Source: a virus. From it: 64,000 bases of DNA. The notes beneath the pieces are model-generated. The model was not told where the DNA came from and searched no databases. It saw nothing but the letters and a program-made list of their open reading frames with translations. Below, piece after piece: positions 8,019 to 18,160 of this stretch. Where the stretch lies: the IMG/VR virus record IMGVR_UViG_3300045988_147856. One strand, given 5' to 3'. The stretch's first letter is position 1; every line of letters begins with the position of its first letter. The translations under genes were made by a program, and so were the position numbers.

Positions 8019-8779
8019 TGAGACATATGGAAAAATACAGCTTTTCTAAGTTGTCTTCTTTCCATCAGTGTCCGCTGCAATATTGGTATACATATATAGC
8101 TCGTGAGCAGGGAGAAAATAATGCTTTCGCACAGTACGGAAGTTTCGTTCACTCCCTGCTCGAACACTGGGGCAAAGATGAACTTGCCGAGTATGAGTTG
8201 CTGGGTGAATATGAAGATAAGTTTTTCGACCACGTAACTCAGGAATTTCCACCCAACAAATACACCGACTTGAGTAAGAAATATTACGACGACGGCGTAC
8301 AGTTTTTGTCAAACTTCGAGGGCGTGGATGCGAAAGAGATACTCGGTGTAGAAGAACACTTCGAGGAGCCAATTGCGGCGGCGGACGGAAGAGATAGCTT
8401 CATCATTCAGGGCTTTATAGACCTTATATACATAGACTCGGCGGGACGGTTGGTAGTTCACGACTGGAAATCAAAAGCAAAATTTAAAAACCCCGCCGAG
8501 CAGAAGAAGTATGCGAGACAGTTATACATATATTCAATTTATGTCAAGCTGAGATATGGTAAGTTTCCCGATCTACTGAGATTCCATATGTTCCGTAACA
8601 GCAAAGATGTGGATATCAAGTTCAACATTGACGACTATTACGAAGCAATAAACTGGATGCAGGAGACGGTAAAGAAAATCCGGGATTGCGGTGAGTTTGA
8701 AAGCCGACCGGATGATTTTTATTGCCAATATCTGTGCGACATGAGACTAAAATGCTGTGGGGAGACGGCGACAAAGTAG
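8018..8779 (+). CDS. PD-(D/E)XK exonuclease, Cas4/RecB-like, with a Cys cluster
   Basis: N-terminal Cys (FHQCPLQYW), GFIDLIY...DWKS nuclease core and C-terminal CQYLCDMRLKCC. Confidence 0.7.
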   Translation: MRHMEKYSFSKLSSFHQCPLQYWYTYIAREQGENNAFAQYGSFVHSLLEHWGKDELAEYELLGEYEDKFFDHVTQEFPPNKYTDLSKKYYDDGVQFLSNFEGVDAKEILGVEEHFEEPIAAADGRDSFIIQGFIDLIYIDSAGRLVVHDWKSKAKFKNPAEQKKYARQLYIYSIYVKLRYGKFPDLLRFHMFRNSKDVDIKFNIDDYYEAINWMQETVKKIRDCGEFESRPDDFYCQYLCDMRLKCCGETATK

Positions 8780-8871
8780 CATAAAGTAAAGGAGGTTGAT
8801 GATTTATACAGGTATTAAAAAGCGATATTCAAAGAGCGAAAGAGAAATTAGGGGATAGAAATGCTGAGATT

Positions 8872-10752
8872 ATGGTTGAGTTGCTCGGTATTACGAACTG
8901 GAACCCCTCAAGAAGAGTCGGGTGTTGCCCGAACCCCGAACACATAGACAAGAATCCGTCGTGCTCGTATAACCCCAAGACTTATTCTTTTCATTGCTTT
9001 GCGTGTGGCTTTACCTGTGACATCATAGATGCCTATATCACATCCAAGAAGTGTACTTTTCTTGAAGCGTGTGAGATGCTTTTTGATGAGGCGGGTATAC
9101 AGTATTCATTCGCAGAGCGCGGAACAAAAGACAGGGCATACAAATACCCCAAACCCAAGTATGCCGACAACAAAGAAGAGGTGTACAAGTATTGGCGGAA
9201 GAGAAAAATATCACCTGAAACAATAGATTATCTGAATATACAACAGGACGAAAAAGGAAACACCTTGTTCCAGTATTTCGACCTGAATGACGTGCTCGTA
9301 ATGTGTAAAGTCCGCAAGTCACGCGCAGTGCCTCACGGTGAACTTAAGATATGGTATCTCGAAAACAGCGATTGCTGTAATGTCCTTTACAACATCAATA
9401 AAATAAATACCACTCAGCCGTTGATAATATGTACCGGCGAAGGCGACTGTGCCGCACTCATTGAGTGCGGTTTTTACAACTCCGTAAGCATTAACGGCGG
9501 CGACCAGAATACGAAGTGGATTGAAGAGTGCTGGGATTTTCTGCAAGAGTTCGAAGAAATCATCCTCGTCCACGACAACGACAGAAGCGGCGAGGAATAC
9601 ATAAAGAAAGTTGCTCCGAGGTTGGGCGAATATCGTGTCAAGGTTGCGGAAATCCCATTGTCTCACACCAATACAGACGGTGAGAAAGTTCGCATAAAAG
9701 ACATAAACGAACTGCTGTTCTTTGAGGGAAAAGAGGCGGTCAGAGATGTAATCAATAACGCGAAAGAGTCTGAGATTCCCGCGATAGTCGATTACACCGA
9801 AGTAAAGAGATTTGATATGTCGGATGTTGAAGGGTTTACAACGGGTTTTGAAGATTTGGACGCTGCGCTCGGCAAGAACTATATGGGTTCTACAACGCTC
9901 ATAACCGGAATAGCTTCTGCGGGTAAAAGCTCTCTGATATCGACGCTTGTATGCCGATCTATAGAGCAGGGTTATCCTTGTTTTATATACAGCGGAGAGC
10001 TTTCAAATCCGTCGTTGAAAAACTGGATTGACTTTGTTCACGCAGGACAGCGGGGACTTGAAGAAGTGCAAGGCGAACACGGCAAGTATTACAGAATCAA
10101 GTCTGATGTGTACAGAAAAATCAATTCCTATTATCGCGGACAGCTTTACTTCTACAAAGATTCGTTCTCGCATAAGACCGAAGACCTCCTCGCGACGGCG
10201 GAGAGTGCGGTAAGAAGGCTTGGAGTAAAAACGGTATTCTTCGACAATCTCACATCTGTGGATCTGTCGTGCGACGATAACTCAAAGTGGACTAAGCAGG
10301 AAGATTTTATAAGACAAATCATTGACTTTGCAAAACGATGGAATGTAGCTTGCTTTGTGGTTATTCACCCGAAGAAAATGGAGCAGGTACGCAAGATGAG
10401 CATCTTTGACCTACAGGGCGTCGCTGCTGCTGCCAACCTTGCACAGCGTGTTATATCGCTATACCGAGTATCACCTAAAGATAAAAAGGGTGTTGTTGGC
10501 AGAAACGGCAAGTTCATTACGCCGCCCATGAAAGGCAGTGTTGTCCTTGAAGTTCTCAAAGACCGATATGGTAGTGCGAACAACAAGGAATTTGCTCTGT
10601 ACTACGACAACCCGAGTAAGAGATTCTACACAACGCCGCAGAATCTTGCCCATGCTTATGGGTGGGAAGTCGCCGACGGCGTGACAAGTGCGGAGTTGCC
10701 TTATGGCACTCCTGCTTATGACGAAGATATGGACGAGGAGGTGTTTGGTTGA
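8872..10752 (+). CDS. Bifunctional primase-helicase (zinc finger, Toprim, DnaB/RecA-like ATPase)
   Basis: Zinc finger CCPNPEH..CFACG; Toprim motifs TGEGDCAAL and HDNDRSGEE; Walker A GIASAGKSS. Confidence 0.8.
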   Translation: MVELLGITNWNPSRRVGCCPNPEHIDKNPSCSYNPKTYSFHCFACGFTCDIIDAYITSKKCTFLEACEMLFDEAGIQYSFAERGTKDRAYKYPKPKYADNKEEVYKYWRKRKISPETIDYLNIQQDEKGNTLFQYFDLNDVLVMCKVRKSRAVPHGELKIWYLENSDCCNVLYNINKINTTQPLIICTGEGDCAALIECGFYNSVSINGGDQNTKWIEECWDFLQEFEEIILVHDNDRSGEEYIKKVAPRLGEYRVKVAEIPLSHTNTDGEKVRIKDINELLFFEGKEAVRDVINNAKESEIPAIVDYTEVKRFDMSDVEGFTTGFEDLDAALGKNYMGSTTLITGIASAGKSSLISTLVCRSIEQGYPCFIYSGELSNPSLKNWIDFVHAGQRGLEEVQGEHGKYYRIKSDVYRKINSYYRGQLYFYKDSFSHKTEDLLATAESAVRRLGVKTVFFDNLTSVDLSCDDNSKWTKQEDFIRQIIDFAKRWNVACFVVIHPKKMEQVRKMSIFDLQGVAAAANLAQRVISLYRVSPKDKKGVVGRNGKFITPPMKGSVVLEVLKDRYGSANNKEFALYYDNPSKRFYTTPQNLAHAYGWEVADGVTSAELPYGTPAYDEDMDEEVFG

Positions 10753-13700
10753 CAGACAACTTAGTAATTTATCATCTACATAGTGATAACAGTCTGCTGG
10801 ATAGTTGCACGGGCTACAAGCTGTATATCGACAGAGCCGCTGAACTTGGACAACCAGCTATAGCGTTCAGCGAACACGGAAAACCACTCAACTGGGTCAA
10901 GAAAAAGATGTATTGCGATGAAAAAGGAATTAAATACATTCACGGCGTTGAGATATACCTCACTGAAAGCCTTAATGAAAAGGTCAGAGATAACTACCAT
11001 ACGGTGCTTATAGCTCGAAACGAACAGGGCGTGAAAGAACTCAACCTTGCAGTGTCGAAATCATGCGATAAAGACCACTTTTATTATGTAAATAGATTGA
11101 GTTTTGACGAGTTTCTGAAGCTGTCCAACAACATTATCACGACGAGCGCGTGTCTTGCAAGTCCTCTAAATAAGCTTCCCGTAGACCATCCGATGTACGA
11201 GAGTCTTGTTAAGCGATATGACTTCCTTGAGATACAGGCGCATGACTGTCAGGAGCAGAGAGACTTTAATGTGCATTTGGCGGAGCTTGCGAAGAAGTAC
11301 AGTAAGCCGCTGATAGCAGGAACCGATACTCACTCGCTTGACAAATATAAAGCTGAGTGCCGCAAGATATTGCTTAAATATAAAAACAAGTCCTACGGCG
11401 ACGAAGATACATACGACCTCACATATAAGTCCCGTGAAGAGTTGGACGCTGCATTTGCAAGGCAGGGCGTTCTACCTTCCGAGCTTTACAGACAGGCTAT
11501 GGACAACACGCTTGTAATGGCTGATATGGTAGAGCCGTTCGAGCTTGATACATCTATTAAATACCCGATACTGTACGGGTCGGCTGAAGAGGATAGCCGA
11601 ATAGAAGCTGAGCGTGTTGACCGAATGTTCAAAGAGAAGCTTGAGACGGGGGTTATACCGCCCGAACAGGAAGAAGCGTTCAGAACCGCACTGGCTGAAG
11701 AAAGAAAAATCTTTGAGAAAGTCGGCATGAATGGCTTTATGCTTTGCGAGAGTGAATTGATATGCTGGTGCAAGGAGCATGGCATTGCCATAGGTCCCGG
11801 ACGAGGTTCAGTTAGTGGATCGAGAACTGCCTTTGTGACAGATATCACTGACTGCAACCCCGAACAGTGGCATACGGCGTTTGCGAGATTCTGCCATGAA
11901 GACAGAGTTGAACCGGCTGATATTGATACCGACTGCATAGATAAGGATAGACCCAAAATCTTCCAGTACATAATTGATAGATTTGGGGCGGAGAAAACGG
12001 CGCGAGTAGCTGCCTTTGGAACGCTTCAGGCAAAGGCGACCATTAAAGGAATCGGAAATGCGCTGGCTAAGTATTGGGAAGAGAAAAAGAGCGGAGAACA
12101 GTTCAAACCGTCCGATAAGTTTTCGCCGGACAACCCGTATTCATTGAAAAACATTGACGGGGTTGTTGAAGAGTTCCTGATGGATGAAGACTTGGCGAAG
12201 AAGAATCATCCCGATATTTTCTTTTATTATGACGGGCTTTTGAACACAAAGATATCTCAGTCAATTCATCCTGCGGGTATAGTTATCAGTCCGATAACAC
12301 TGACGGACAATTATGGTGTTTTTGATAAAGACGGAGAGCGTTGCGCTTTTATCGATATGGAAGAGCTTCATGCCGTCGGAGCAGTTAAATTTGATTTTCT
12401 GATACTTAAAAACATTGGAATTATAAACGATGCTTGTAAAATGGCTGGTATTCCGTACCCCCATATGAGCGAAATGAACTTTGACGATCAAAGGGTTTGG
12501 AACGATATGCTGAGAAGTCCTATAGCACTGTTCCAGTTTGAAAGCAGCTTCGCCTATAGCCTAATGAAGAGATTCAAACCTAAATCAATATTTGAACTCA
12601 CGTTGGTTAATGCGGCTCTGCGACCCGGTGGAGCTTCGTACAGAGACAAGCTTGTTGGGCGCATACCGAACAAAAACCCCAGTGAAGAAATAGATACTCT
12701 TTTAAAAAATAACCTCGGGTATTTGGTCTATCAAGAGGATGTCATGAATTTCCTTACGCAAATATGCGGTATGTCCGGAGGCGAGAGCGACCGAATAAGA
12801 AAGATGATAACCAAAAAGAAAGTTGATGAGATAGAAGCCATAACCCCGAAAATTCTGGACGGGTATTGCAATCACTCGGATAAGCCCAGAGCGGAAGCCG
12901 AAGAAGAAGCAATGGAGTTCATGAAAGTTATTAAAGATGCGGGGTCTTATGCGTTCAATTTCAACCACTCTGTGAGTTATAGCTTGGTATCATATCTCTG
13001 TGCATATCTTCGTTGCTATTATCCTTGCGAGTTCATCACAGCATATCTTAACAACGCCGCTAATGAAGATGATGTTATTAATGGCACTACGCTTGCCGCC
13101 GAATATGGATTTAAGGTAACACCTCCTCGTTTCGGCGCGTCGAGAGATGTCTTCTATTTTAACAAGGAGAAAAAAGAAATAGCAAAGGGGTTGACGAGTG
13201 TTAAGTATATGTCCGCTGCTCTTGCAAATGAGCTGTATGACATATACGACGAGGTAAAAGGAAAATCGTTTATGGAAGTTCTCAAAGCTCTCTCGAAGAC
13301 CTCTATTGACACGCGACAGCTCGACATCCTAATTAAAATTGGCTACTTTGAAGAGTTTGGAAATATGGGAGAGCTGCTGAAGCTTGTACAGGTATACTCG
13401 TTCTTTAAGAACGGAACTGCAAAATCTGTTAGCAAGTCCAAGGTTGTAGGTTTCCTTACGGATATCATCTCAGATTATGCGACGGATAAAGGTGTCAAGG
13501 GGAACGAGCTTAAGTCCTATACAATAACTGACATGGACGGGCTTTTAGCTGCCTGTGAAGAGCAAATCAGAAAATCAGATGTTCCGGACTTAACCCTTAA
13601 AGTCAAAATACAGAATAGTATCGAGTATCTTGGCTATGTTGGTATTCAGACCGGACTGCCCGAAGACCGTCGTAAACTTCTAATAACAGAAGTATTCCCT

Positions 13701-13898
13701 ATGCGTGGACAGAACGGTGTGCCGTGGGGATATAAAGTGAATACGCAGAGTCTGGGTACAGGTAAGCAGTCGTCGTTGACGATACCGGCGAGAATATATG
13801 CCGAGAATCAGGTAGCGAAGGGTGATATCGTGTATGCCGACAACTGCTACAAGAATCCGAAAGGATATTGGTATCTTAATTCCTATAGAAAGATGTGA
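10749..13898 (+). CDS. dnaE: DNA polymerase III alpha subunit (PHP domain plus polymerase core)
   Basis: PHP N-terminus YHLHSDNSLLD. It is 1049 aa with typical GPGRGS and DIDTD motifs. The TTG start overlaps the previous stop. Confidence 0.85.
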   Translation: MTDNLVIYHLHSDNSLLDSCTGYKLYIDRAAELGQPAIAFSEHGKPLNWVKKKMYCDEKGIKYIHGVEIYLTESLNEKVRDNYHTVLIARNEQGVKELNLAVSKSCDKDHFYYVNRLSFDEFLKLSNNIITTSACLASPLNKLPVDHPMYESLVKRYDFLEIQAHDCQEQRDFNVHLAELAKKYSKPLIAGTDTHSLDKYKAECRKILLKYKNKSYGDEDTYDLTYKSREELDAAFARQGVLPSELYRQAMDNTLVMADMVEPFELDTSIKYPILYGSAEEDSRIEAERVDRMFKEKLETGVIPPEQEEAFRTALAEERKIFEKVGMNGFMLCESELICWCKEHGIAIGPGRGSVSGSRTAFVTDITDCNPEQWHTAFARFCHEDRVEPADIDTDCIDKDRPKIFQYIIDRFGAEKTARVAAFGTLQAKATIKGIGNALAKYWEEKKSGEQFKPSDKFSPDNPYSLKNIDGVVEEFLMDEDLAKKNHPDIFFYYDGLLNTKISQSIHPAGIVISPITLTDNYGVFDKDGERCAFIDMEELHAVGAVKFDFLILKNIGIINDACKMAGIPYPHMSEMNFDDQRVWNDMLRSPIALFQFESSFAYSLMKRFKPKSIFELTLVNAALRPGGASYRDKLVGRIPNKNPSEEIDTLLKNNLGYLVYQEDVMNFLTQICGMSGGESDRIRKMITKKKVDEIEAITPKILDGYCNHSDKPRAEAEEEAMEFMKVIKDAGSYAFNFNHSVSYSLVSYLCAYLRCYYPCEFITAYLNNAANEDDVINGTTLAAEYGFKVTPPRFGASRDVFYFNKEKKEIAKGLTSVKYMSAALANELYDIYDEVKGKSFMEVLKALSKTSIDTRQLDILIKIGYFEEFGNMGELLKLVQVYSFFKNGTAKSVSKSKVVGFLTDIISDYATDKGVKGNELKSYTITDMDGLLAACEEQIRKSDVPDLTLKVKIQNSIEYLGYVGIQTGLPEDRRKLLITEVFPMRGQNGVPWGYKVNTQSLGTGKQSSLTIPARIYAENQVAKGDIVYADNCYKNPKGYWYLNSYRKM

Positions 13899-13906
13899 GG
13901 TGCAAA

Positions 13907-14086
13907 ATGAAGCCACAATCCAAGAGAGATAAAAGAGCTCAGATTCTTTACGATGAATTACAGTATTGGGGTTTAATTAGTTATGAGTCGGATATGAGAG
14001 CTGTAAAAGCTATTGCTAATGAGTTGCCTCAAAGAATGTTAGTAAGGGTCATTTCAAAATTAAGAAGGATGCGCGGCGCTTCGTGA
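13907..14086 (+). CDS. Hypothetical protein
   Basis: RBS GAGGTG precedes the ATG at 13907, inside listed ORF 13895..14086. Confidence 0.4.
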   Translation: MKPQSKRDKRAQILYDELQYWGLISYESDMRAVKAIANELPQRMLVRVISKLRRMRGAS

Positions 14087-14087
14087 G

Positions 14088-14348
14088 GTGTTGAATCGAG
14101 TTTATCGAAACACAGATGATTGCGAAATGCGTCTTGTTCATAATGCGGGCGAGGGTTGGATAATGGATACTGAGAAGCCAGTTAAGGTAGTGCTAAATGA
14201 TGCGGCTATAGTCGTAGATACGCATGAACCTATTGATGTAAGTGCGGCGACATTAACAGAGATGGTTGAGTCGGTTAAGGCAGTTAATGATAAATTTTAT
14301 GAGATTGCTTATAAAGACGGTAATCTTGAAATGAAAGAAATAAAATGA
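14088..14348 (+). CDS. Hypothetical protein
   Basis: ORF packed into a co-directional operon. Confidence 0.4.
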   Translation: MLNRVYRNTDDCEMRLVHNAGEGWIMDTEKPVKVVLNDAAIVVDTHEPIDVSAATLTEMVESVKAVNDKFYEIAYKDGNLEMKEIK

Positions 14349-14385
14349 TGGTTGCGCGCAACTGTAGGAAAGGAGATTAGGTAGC

Positions 14386-14754
14386 ATGATGATTTATGTG
14401 ATACCTAAAGACGATGATAAACCTATTAAAATCGTTTTTGAGGGTGGGAAAGGGTCTAATCCCATAATAGAGGATGATCGGGTATATTTTATTGATGAGC
14501 ACCCAAGTCCTGAAGAAGTTGGAAAAGCGTTTAGAACATTATATGAAAGATTAATGTCTATAGAAGAAGTTTTCGAGAAGCAGATACCAAAGAAGCCTTA
14601 TTTTGGTGAAGCCTTGGGCTTTAAAGGCTTCTTCGGGTACTTATGTCCGATATGCCATAATTGGCTTTTATATCCCGACGAAATACCTAATTCGCGCGAT
14701 TCATTCTGTTCTTTTTGTGGGCAGAAGATTGACTGGTCGGAGGTAGCCGAATGA
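14386..14754 (+). CDS. Hypothetical zinc-ribbon protein
   Basis: CPICH...CSFCG; RBS AGGAGA. Confidence 0.45.
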   Translation: MMIYVIPKDDDKPIKIVFEGGKGSNPIIEDDRVYFIDEHPSPEEVGKAFRTLYERLMSIEEVFEKQIPKKPYFGEALGFKGFFGYLCPICHNWLLYPDEIPNSRDSFCSFCGQKIDWSEVAE

Positions 14755-15107
14755 GTGATTATATTGACCGTGCTGCACTCGGGATAGGCTTGTGTAACCG
14801 AGATGTTTTTGAGAACAAAGGTTATGCGGACGGCTGGAATGCCGCTGTTAAAATTTTAAAAGAAGCTCCCGTTGCTGATGTACAAGAGATTAAACACGGC
14901 GAGTGGATTGAGGACGGCTATTACGATATTCCTTGCGTGTGTTCGTGCTGTGGAGCGGAAGCGCAATATACAAGCACCTTTAAAGAAACATTTGACTATG
15001 ATTGGGAAGAAAACTTATGCCCTACAGGGTACGAAGAAATAAGAGAATATATTAGAACGCCGTTTTGTTCTAATTGCGGCGCAAAAATGGACGGAGGTGC
15101 GAAATGA
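14751..15107 (+). CDS. Hypothetical zinc-ribbon protein
   Basis: CSCCG...CSNCG; start overlaps the previous stop in ATGA. Confidence 0.45.
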   Translation: MSDYIDRAALGIGLCNRDVFENKGYADGWNAAVKILKEAPVADVQEIKHGEWIEDGYYDIPCVCSCCGAEAQYTSTFKETFDYDWEENLCPTGYEEIREYIRTPFCSNCGAKMDGGAK

Positions 15108-15394
15108 AGTGCGAAAAATGCGGGCATGAATTTGAAAAGCTCAATGTTCAGACATTTGCGAGAGATGGAAGCGACTACGAAGACAAGTGCGAAGCTGAAG
15201 TTTGCGGTGACGAAGCGGTAGTGGTCGAAACCTCTAAAAATTGGTGTGGCTACGAACTGACGGAAGAAGAAATGCTTGACACAATCACCTGTCCACACTG
15301 CGGAAAGTTTCCGTTTGAGAGCGCGGAACTCTATGTATACGACATCATACAGGTTGTGATGTTTAGAAAGGACGGAGGTAATAACAATGCGTGA
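15104..15394 (+). CDS. Hypothetical zinc-ribbon protein
   Basis: MKCEKCGHEF...CPHCG; ATG at 15104, inside listed ORF 15074..15394. Confidence 0.45.
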   Translation: MKCEKCGHEFEKLNVQTFARDGSDYEDKCEAEVCGDEAVVVETSKNWCGYELTEEEMLDTITCPHCGKFPFESAELYVYDIIQVVMFRKDGGNNNA

Positions 15395-15761
15395 GATACT
15401 ATTTAGAGGTAAAGATTTTTCAGGAGTCATAAATCATCGTTGGTGCTTTGGCAGTTTGGACACAACTGAGGACGACAGAGCAATAATTATATATCCCGAT
15501 AGGTTTGGAAACAGATGTCAAATTTTTGTTAATCCTGAAACCGTAGGACAGTACACAGGTCTTAAAGATAAGAATGGCACAAAGATTTTTGAAGGCGATA
15601 TAATTTTGTTGAGAGGCGATGAAGAGCCTTATCAAGTCGTTTTTGATGAATCCTGTTTTCAAGTTTATAGCGACAGTGTTCGCTATGCTATGGATAACTT
15701 TTACGACTACGAAATAGAGGTCATCGGCAATATCTACGATAATAAGTTGGAGGATTTTTAA
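15387..15761 (+). CDS. YopX-family protein
   Basis: ILFRGK...QYTGLKDKNGTKIFEGDI matches the YopX pattern. Confidence 0.65.
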   Translation: MREILFRGKDFSGVINHRWCFGSLDTTEDDRAIIIYPDRFGNRCQIFVNPETVGQYTGLKDKNGTKIFEGDIILLRGDEEPYQVVFDESCFQVYSDSVRYAMDNFYDYEIEVIGNIYDNKLEDF

Positions 15762-15762
15762 A

Positions 15763-16098
15763 ATGGACTATAGCGATTGTTTAGGGTATCAGCTTGGATT
15801 TTGTCGGTTTAGGTGTACCAAACCTGAAAGCTGTGATAATTTCAAAAGCAAATCGAAGTTAATCGTGTTGCCGTGTAGCGTTGGAGACACAGTTTGGTAT
15901 ATCACAGGAATAGGACGCAATCTAATTAAGCCGGCAAAAATAGAAGAAATTATTATAGGCAAAGACGGTATAAAATACTTATATGTGCAGGGTGATAGTT
16001 GCAGTTTTGAAGACTCGTTTGATATTTTTTATACTACCGAAGAAGAGGCACAAAGAGCTCTTAAAGGAGACAACAAGGAGGCAAAAGATAATGGCTGA
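15763..16098 (+). CDS. Hypothetical protein
   Basis: ORF in the operon. Confidence 0.4.
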   Translation: MDYSDCLGYQLGFCRFRCTKPESCDNFKSKSKLIVLPCSVGDTVWYITGIGRNLIKPAKIEEIIIGKDGIKYLYVQGDSCSFEDSFDIFYTTEEEAQRALKGDNKEAKDNG

Positions 16099-16381
16099 TG
16101 CAGATAGATGTGTCTGTTGTGGAGAAATAGTCCCCGAAGGTCGGCAAATATGCCCGCAATGCGAGATTGAACTACAGTCTAAACCAGACGTAGGAGCAGT
16201 CTTAGGTATTGAAGAGAAAATAGACGAGAATTTAATAAATGAAGATTGGATAAAATTTTATAAAGCACATCCTATTGAACTTTATGAGCTATGTGGATTT
16301 CGCTTTACTTTTACTCAAAAAATAATTCTGCGTACCATGTGCCTTTATGAGAGAACAAAAGATAGGAGAAGATTAAAATGA
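16091..16381 (+). CDS. Hypothetical zinc-ribbon protein
   Basis: MADADRCVCCGEIVPEGRQICPQCE; ATG at 16091, inside listed ORF 15983..16381. Confidence 0.45.
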   Translation: MADADRCVCCGEIVPEGRQICPQCEIELQSKPDVGAVLGIEEKIDENLINEDWIKFYKAHPIELYELCGFRFTFTQKIILRTMCLYERTKDRRRLK

Positions 16382-16507
16382 ATTGTCTAATATGTGGTAA
16401 AGAAGTGCTATTAGACCTTACTCAAAAAGTAATATGGACTTCATGGGGCGAGGAAGTTTGTTGTGCAAGTCACTCCAAAGAGCAATGCACTCTGATGGAT
16501 TTTATTT
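16379..16507 (+). CDS. Small 42-aa Cys-containing ORF
   Basis: MNCLICGKEV...; the ATG overlaps the previous stop. Below the ORF-track size cutoff. Confidence 0.25.
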
Positions 16508-16549
16508 AGAGGACGGTGACTCCGAGTAGTTTATTAAGGAGATGTTTAA

Positions 16550-16750
16550 GTGACAAAAGAATTTAATGAGTGTGTCGGGTGTCCGCCTGAACTTGGGTGT
16601 ATCGGTGACTCGTGTCCACATAGGCGTGTTACTCGATACTTCTGCGACAAGTGCGGTGAAGAGGAGAGACTTTATTATGTGGATGGCGACGAGCTGTGTG
16701 CAGAGTGTGTGCTGGAAGCTTTAGAGATAGTGGAGGGGTCAGATGATTAA
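16550..16750 (+). CDS. Hypothetical zinc-ribbon protein
   Basis: CDKCG...CAEC. Confidence 0.4.
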   Translation: MTKEFNECVGCPPELGCIGDSCPHRRVTRYFCDKCGEEERLYYVDGDELCAECVLEALEIVEGSDD

Positions 16751-17468
16751 ACTCGAAAACTGTGAAGTGATGGGTTGGGAAGCTGCGATTCGCGAACTCT
16801 ATAAAGGAAAAGGTGTCCGCTGGGTTTATCCTAACTTTTATGAAGCCTATATCTCTACCCACGGCAAGTTTCTCTCTTGTGGTACATATCCGACCGAGGA
16901 ACAAGCAAGAGAAGCGGTTGCGATTACCAAGATTAAGTTGTTTGAAGCAAGTGTAATTGCTCACGGTGATAATCCTTCCGATGTCGTGGAAAGCGTGGAA
17001 AAGAGATATTTTGCTTCTCCAAGTGGTAACATTTACAACCAACACGGAGATTTGATGGTTGGTGCAGTAGACCGTTGTGGTTATCGGCACACTATCTTGA
17101 ATAGAAAAAATCGTAATGTTCATCGTGTGATTGCTGAAACTTTTATTCCAAATCCAGACAATTTACCTTGTGTAAATCACAAAGACGGAAACAAACTTAA
17201 TAATTCAGTTGATAACCTTGAATGGTGTACTCATTCGGAAAACACATTGCACGCATATCGTGAAGGCTTAGAGAAAAAGCAGACTGGTGAAGAACATCAT
17301 AATCATAAATTAACTTGGGCTAATGTTCATTATATTCGAGATGTTTATGAAAAAGGGAGCCGGATTTATGGAAGCGCGGCTTTAGGACGATTATTCGGGG
17401 TAGATAAAAGCACTGTGTCTGCGATAGTTCATAATGAGACTTGGAGGGAACAAAATGATAAAAATTGA
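16743..17468 (+). CDS. Free-standing HNH homing endonuclease (HNH_3 with NUMOD-like DNA-binding modules)
   Basis: CVNHKDGNKLNNSVDNLEWCTHSEN is the HNH core. A C-terminal HTH-like segment reads LGRLFGVDKSTVSAIV. Confidence 0.8.
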   Translation: MIKLENCEVMGWEAAIRELYKGKGVRWVYPNFYEAYISTHGKFLSCGTYPTEEQAREAVAITKIKLFEASVIAHGDNPSDVVESVEKRYFASPSGNIYNQHGDLMVGAVDRCGYRHTILNRKNRNVHRVIAETFIPNPDNLPCVNHKDGNKLNNSVDNLEWCTHSENTLHAYREGLEKKQTGEEHHNHKLTWANVHYIRDVYEKGSRIYGSAALGRLFGVDKSTVSAIVHNETWREQNDKN

Positions 17469-18159
17469 AAATGAGTCTGTGTCAAGTATATCCAGAGCCA
17501 TATATTCAGCGCGAAATGCTATGAACTCATGGGATAAGTCGGATTCCGATTTAGAGAAAGATATCGTCGGTTCTAACGACCTCGCCCTCGCAAAACGTCT
17601 TTGTAGCGCGGGTACAGACCATCGCAAGTTTATGAGAATGATTACGGTGTATGTGGATATAACAGCACCGTTGTATCTGCTAAAAGAGCTCGATCAATAT
17701 AAGGTGGGTACAGTCTCAAACTCCTGCTCGACTATGCACAAAATCCACGCAAAAGAGTTTACACTTGACGACTTCTCACACGAGCATTTGGACGACGACT
17801 GGAATGATAGAAAAAATCTCGTGGCTTACAATGACGAGTATTTTAATACACCTCTTTGTGTTATGGAATGGATTATTGAAGTCTTAAACAATTACCGTGA
17901 CTTGTATCTCGAAACTAAAGATAAGAAGTATTGGTATGAGATGATACAGCTTTTGCCGAGCAGCTACAATCAGCGTCGAACTTACTTACTAAATTACGAG
18001 GTACTTGCCAACATATGCAAGTCTCGCCGCAATCATAAACTCGACGAGTGGGTTGAGTTTTGTGCGTGGATTAAAACACTCCCATACTCAGAGCTGATAA
18101 CAGGGGAGCCTAAAGACAAGGGTAGCTCTGAAGACGAGAACGAGGACGAGGAGGACTAA
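17455..18159 (+). CDS. Hypothetical protein with a ThyX-like pattern but no RHR motif
   Basis: RBS GGAGGG precedes the ATG at 17455. DHRKFMRMITVYVDITAPLYLLKELDQYKVGTVSNSCSTMH resembles the ThyX core layout, but the catalytic RHR is replaced. Confidence 0.4.
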   Translation: MIKIENESVSSISRAIYSARNAMNSWDKSDSDLEKDIVGSNDLALAKRLCSAGTDHRKFMRMITVYVDITAPLYLLKELDQYKVGTVSNSCSTMHKIHAKEFTLDDFSHEHLDDDWNDRKNLVAYNDEYFNTPLCVMEWIIEVLNNYRDLYLETKDKKYWYEMIQLLPSSYNQRRTYLLNYEVLANICKSRRNHKLDEWVEFCAWIKTLPYSELITGEPKDKGSSEDENEDEED

Positions 18160-18160
18160 T

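Noticed and set aside
17455-18159. Calling this gene thymidylate synthase ThyX.
   Set aside because: The layout resembles the ThyX core, but the catalytic RHR...S motif is replaced (YKVGTVSNSCS). I report it only as ThyX-like.
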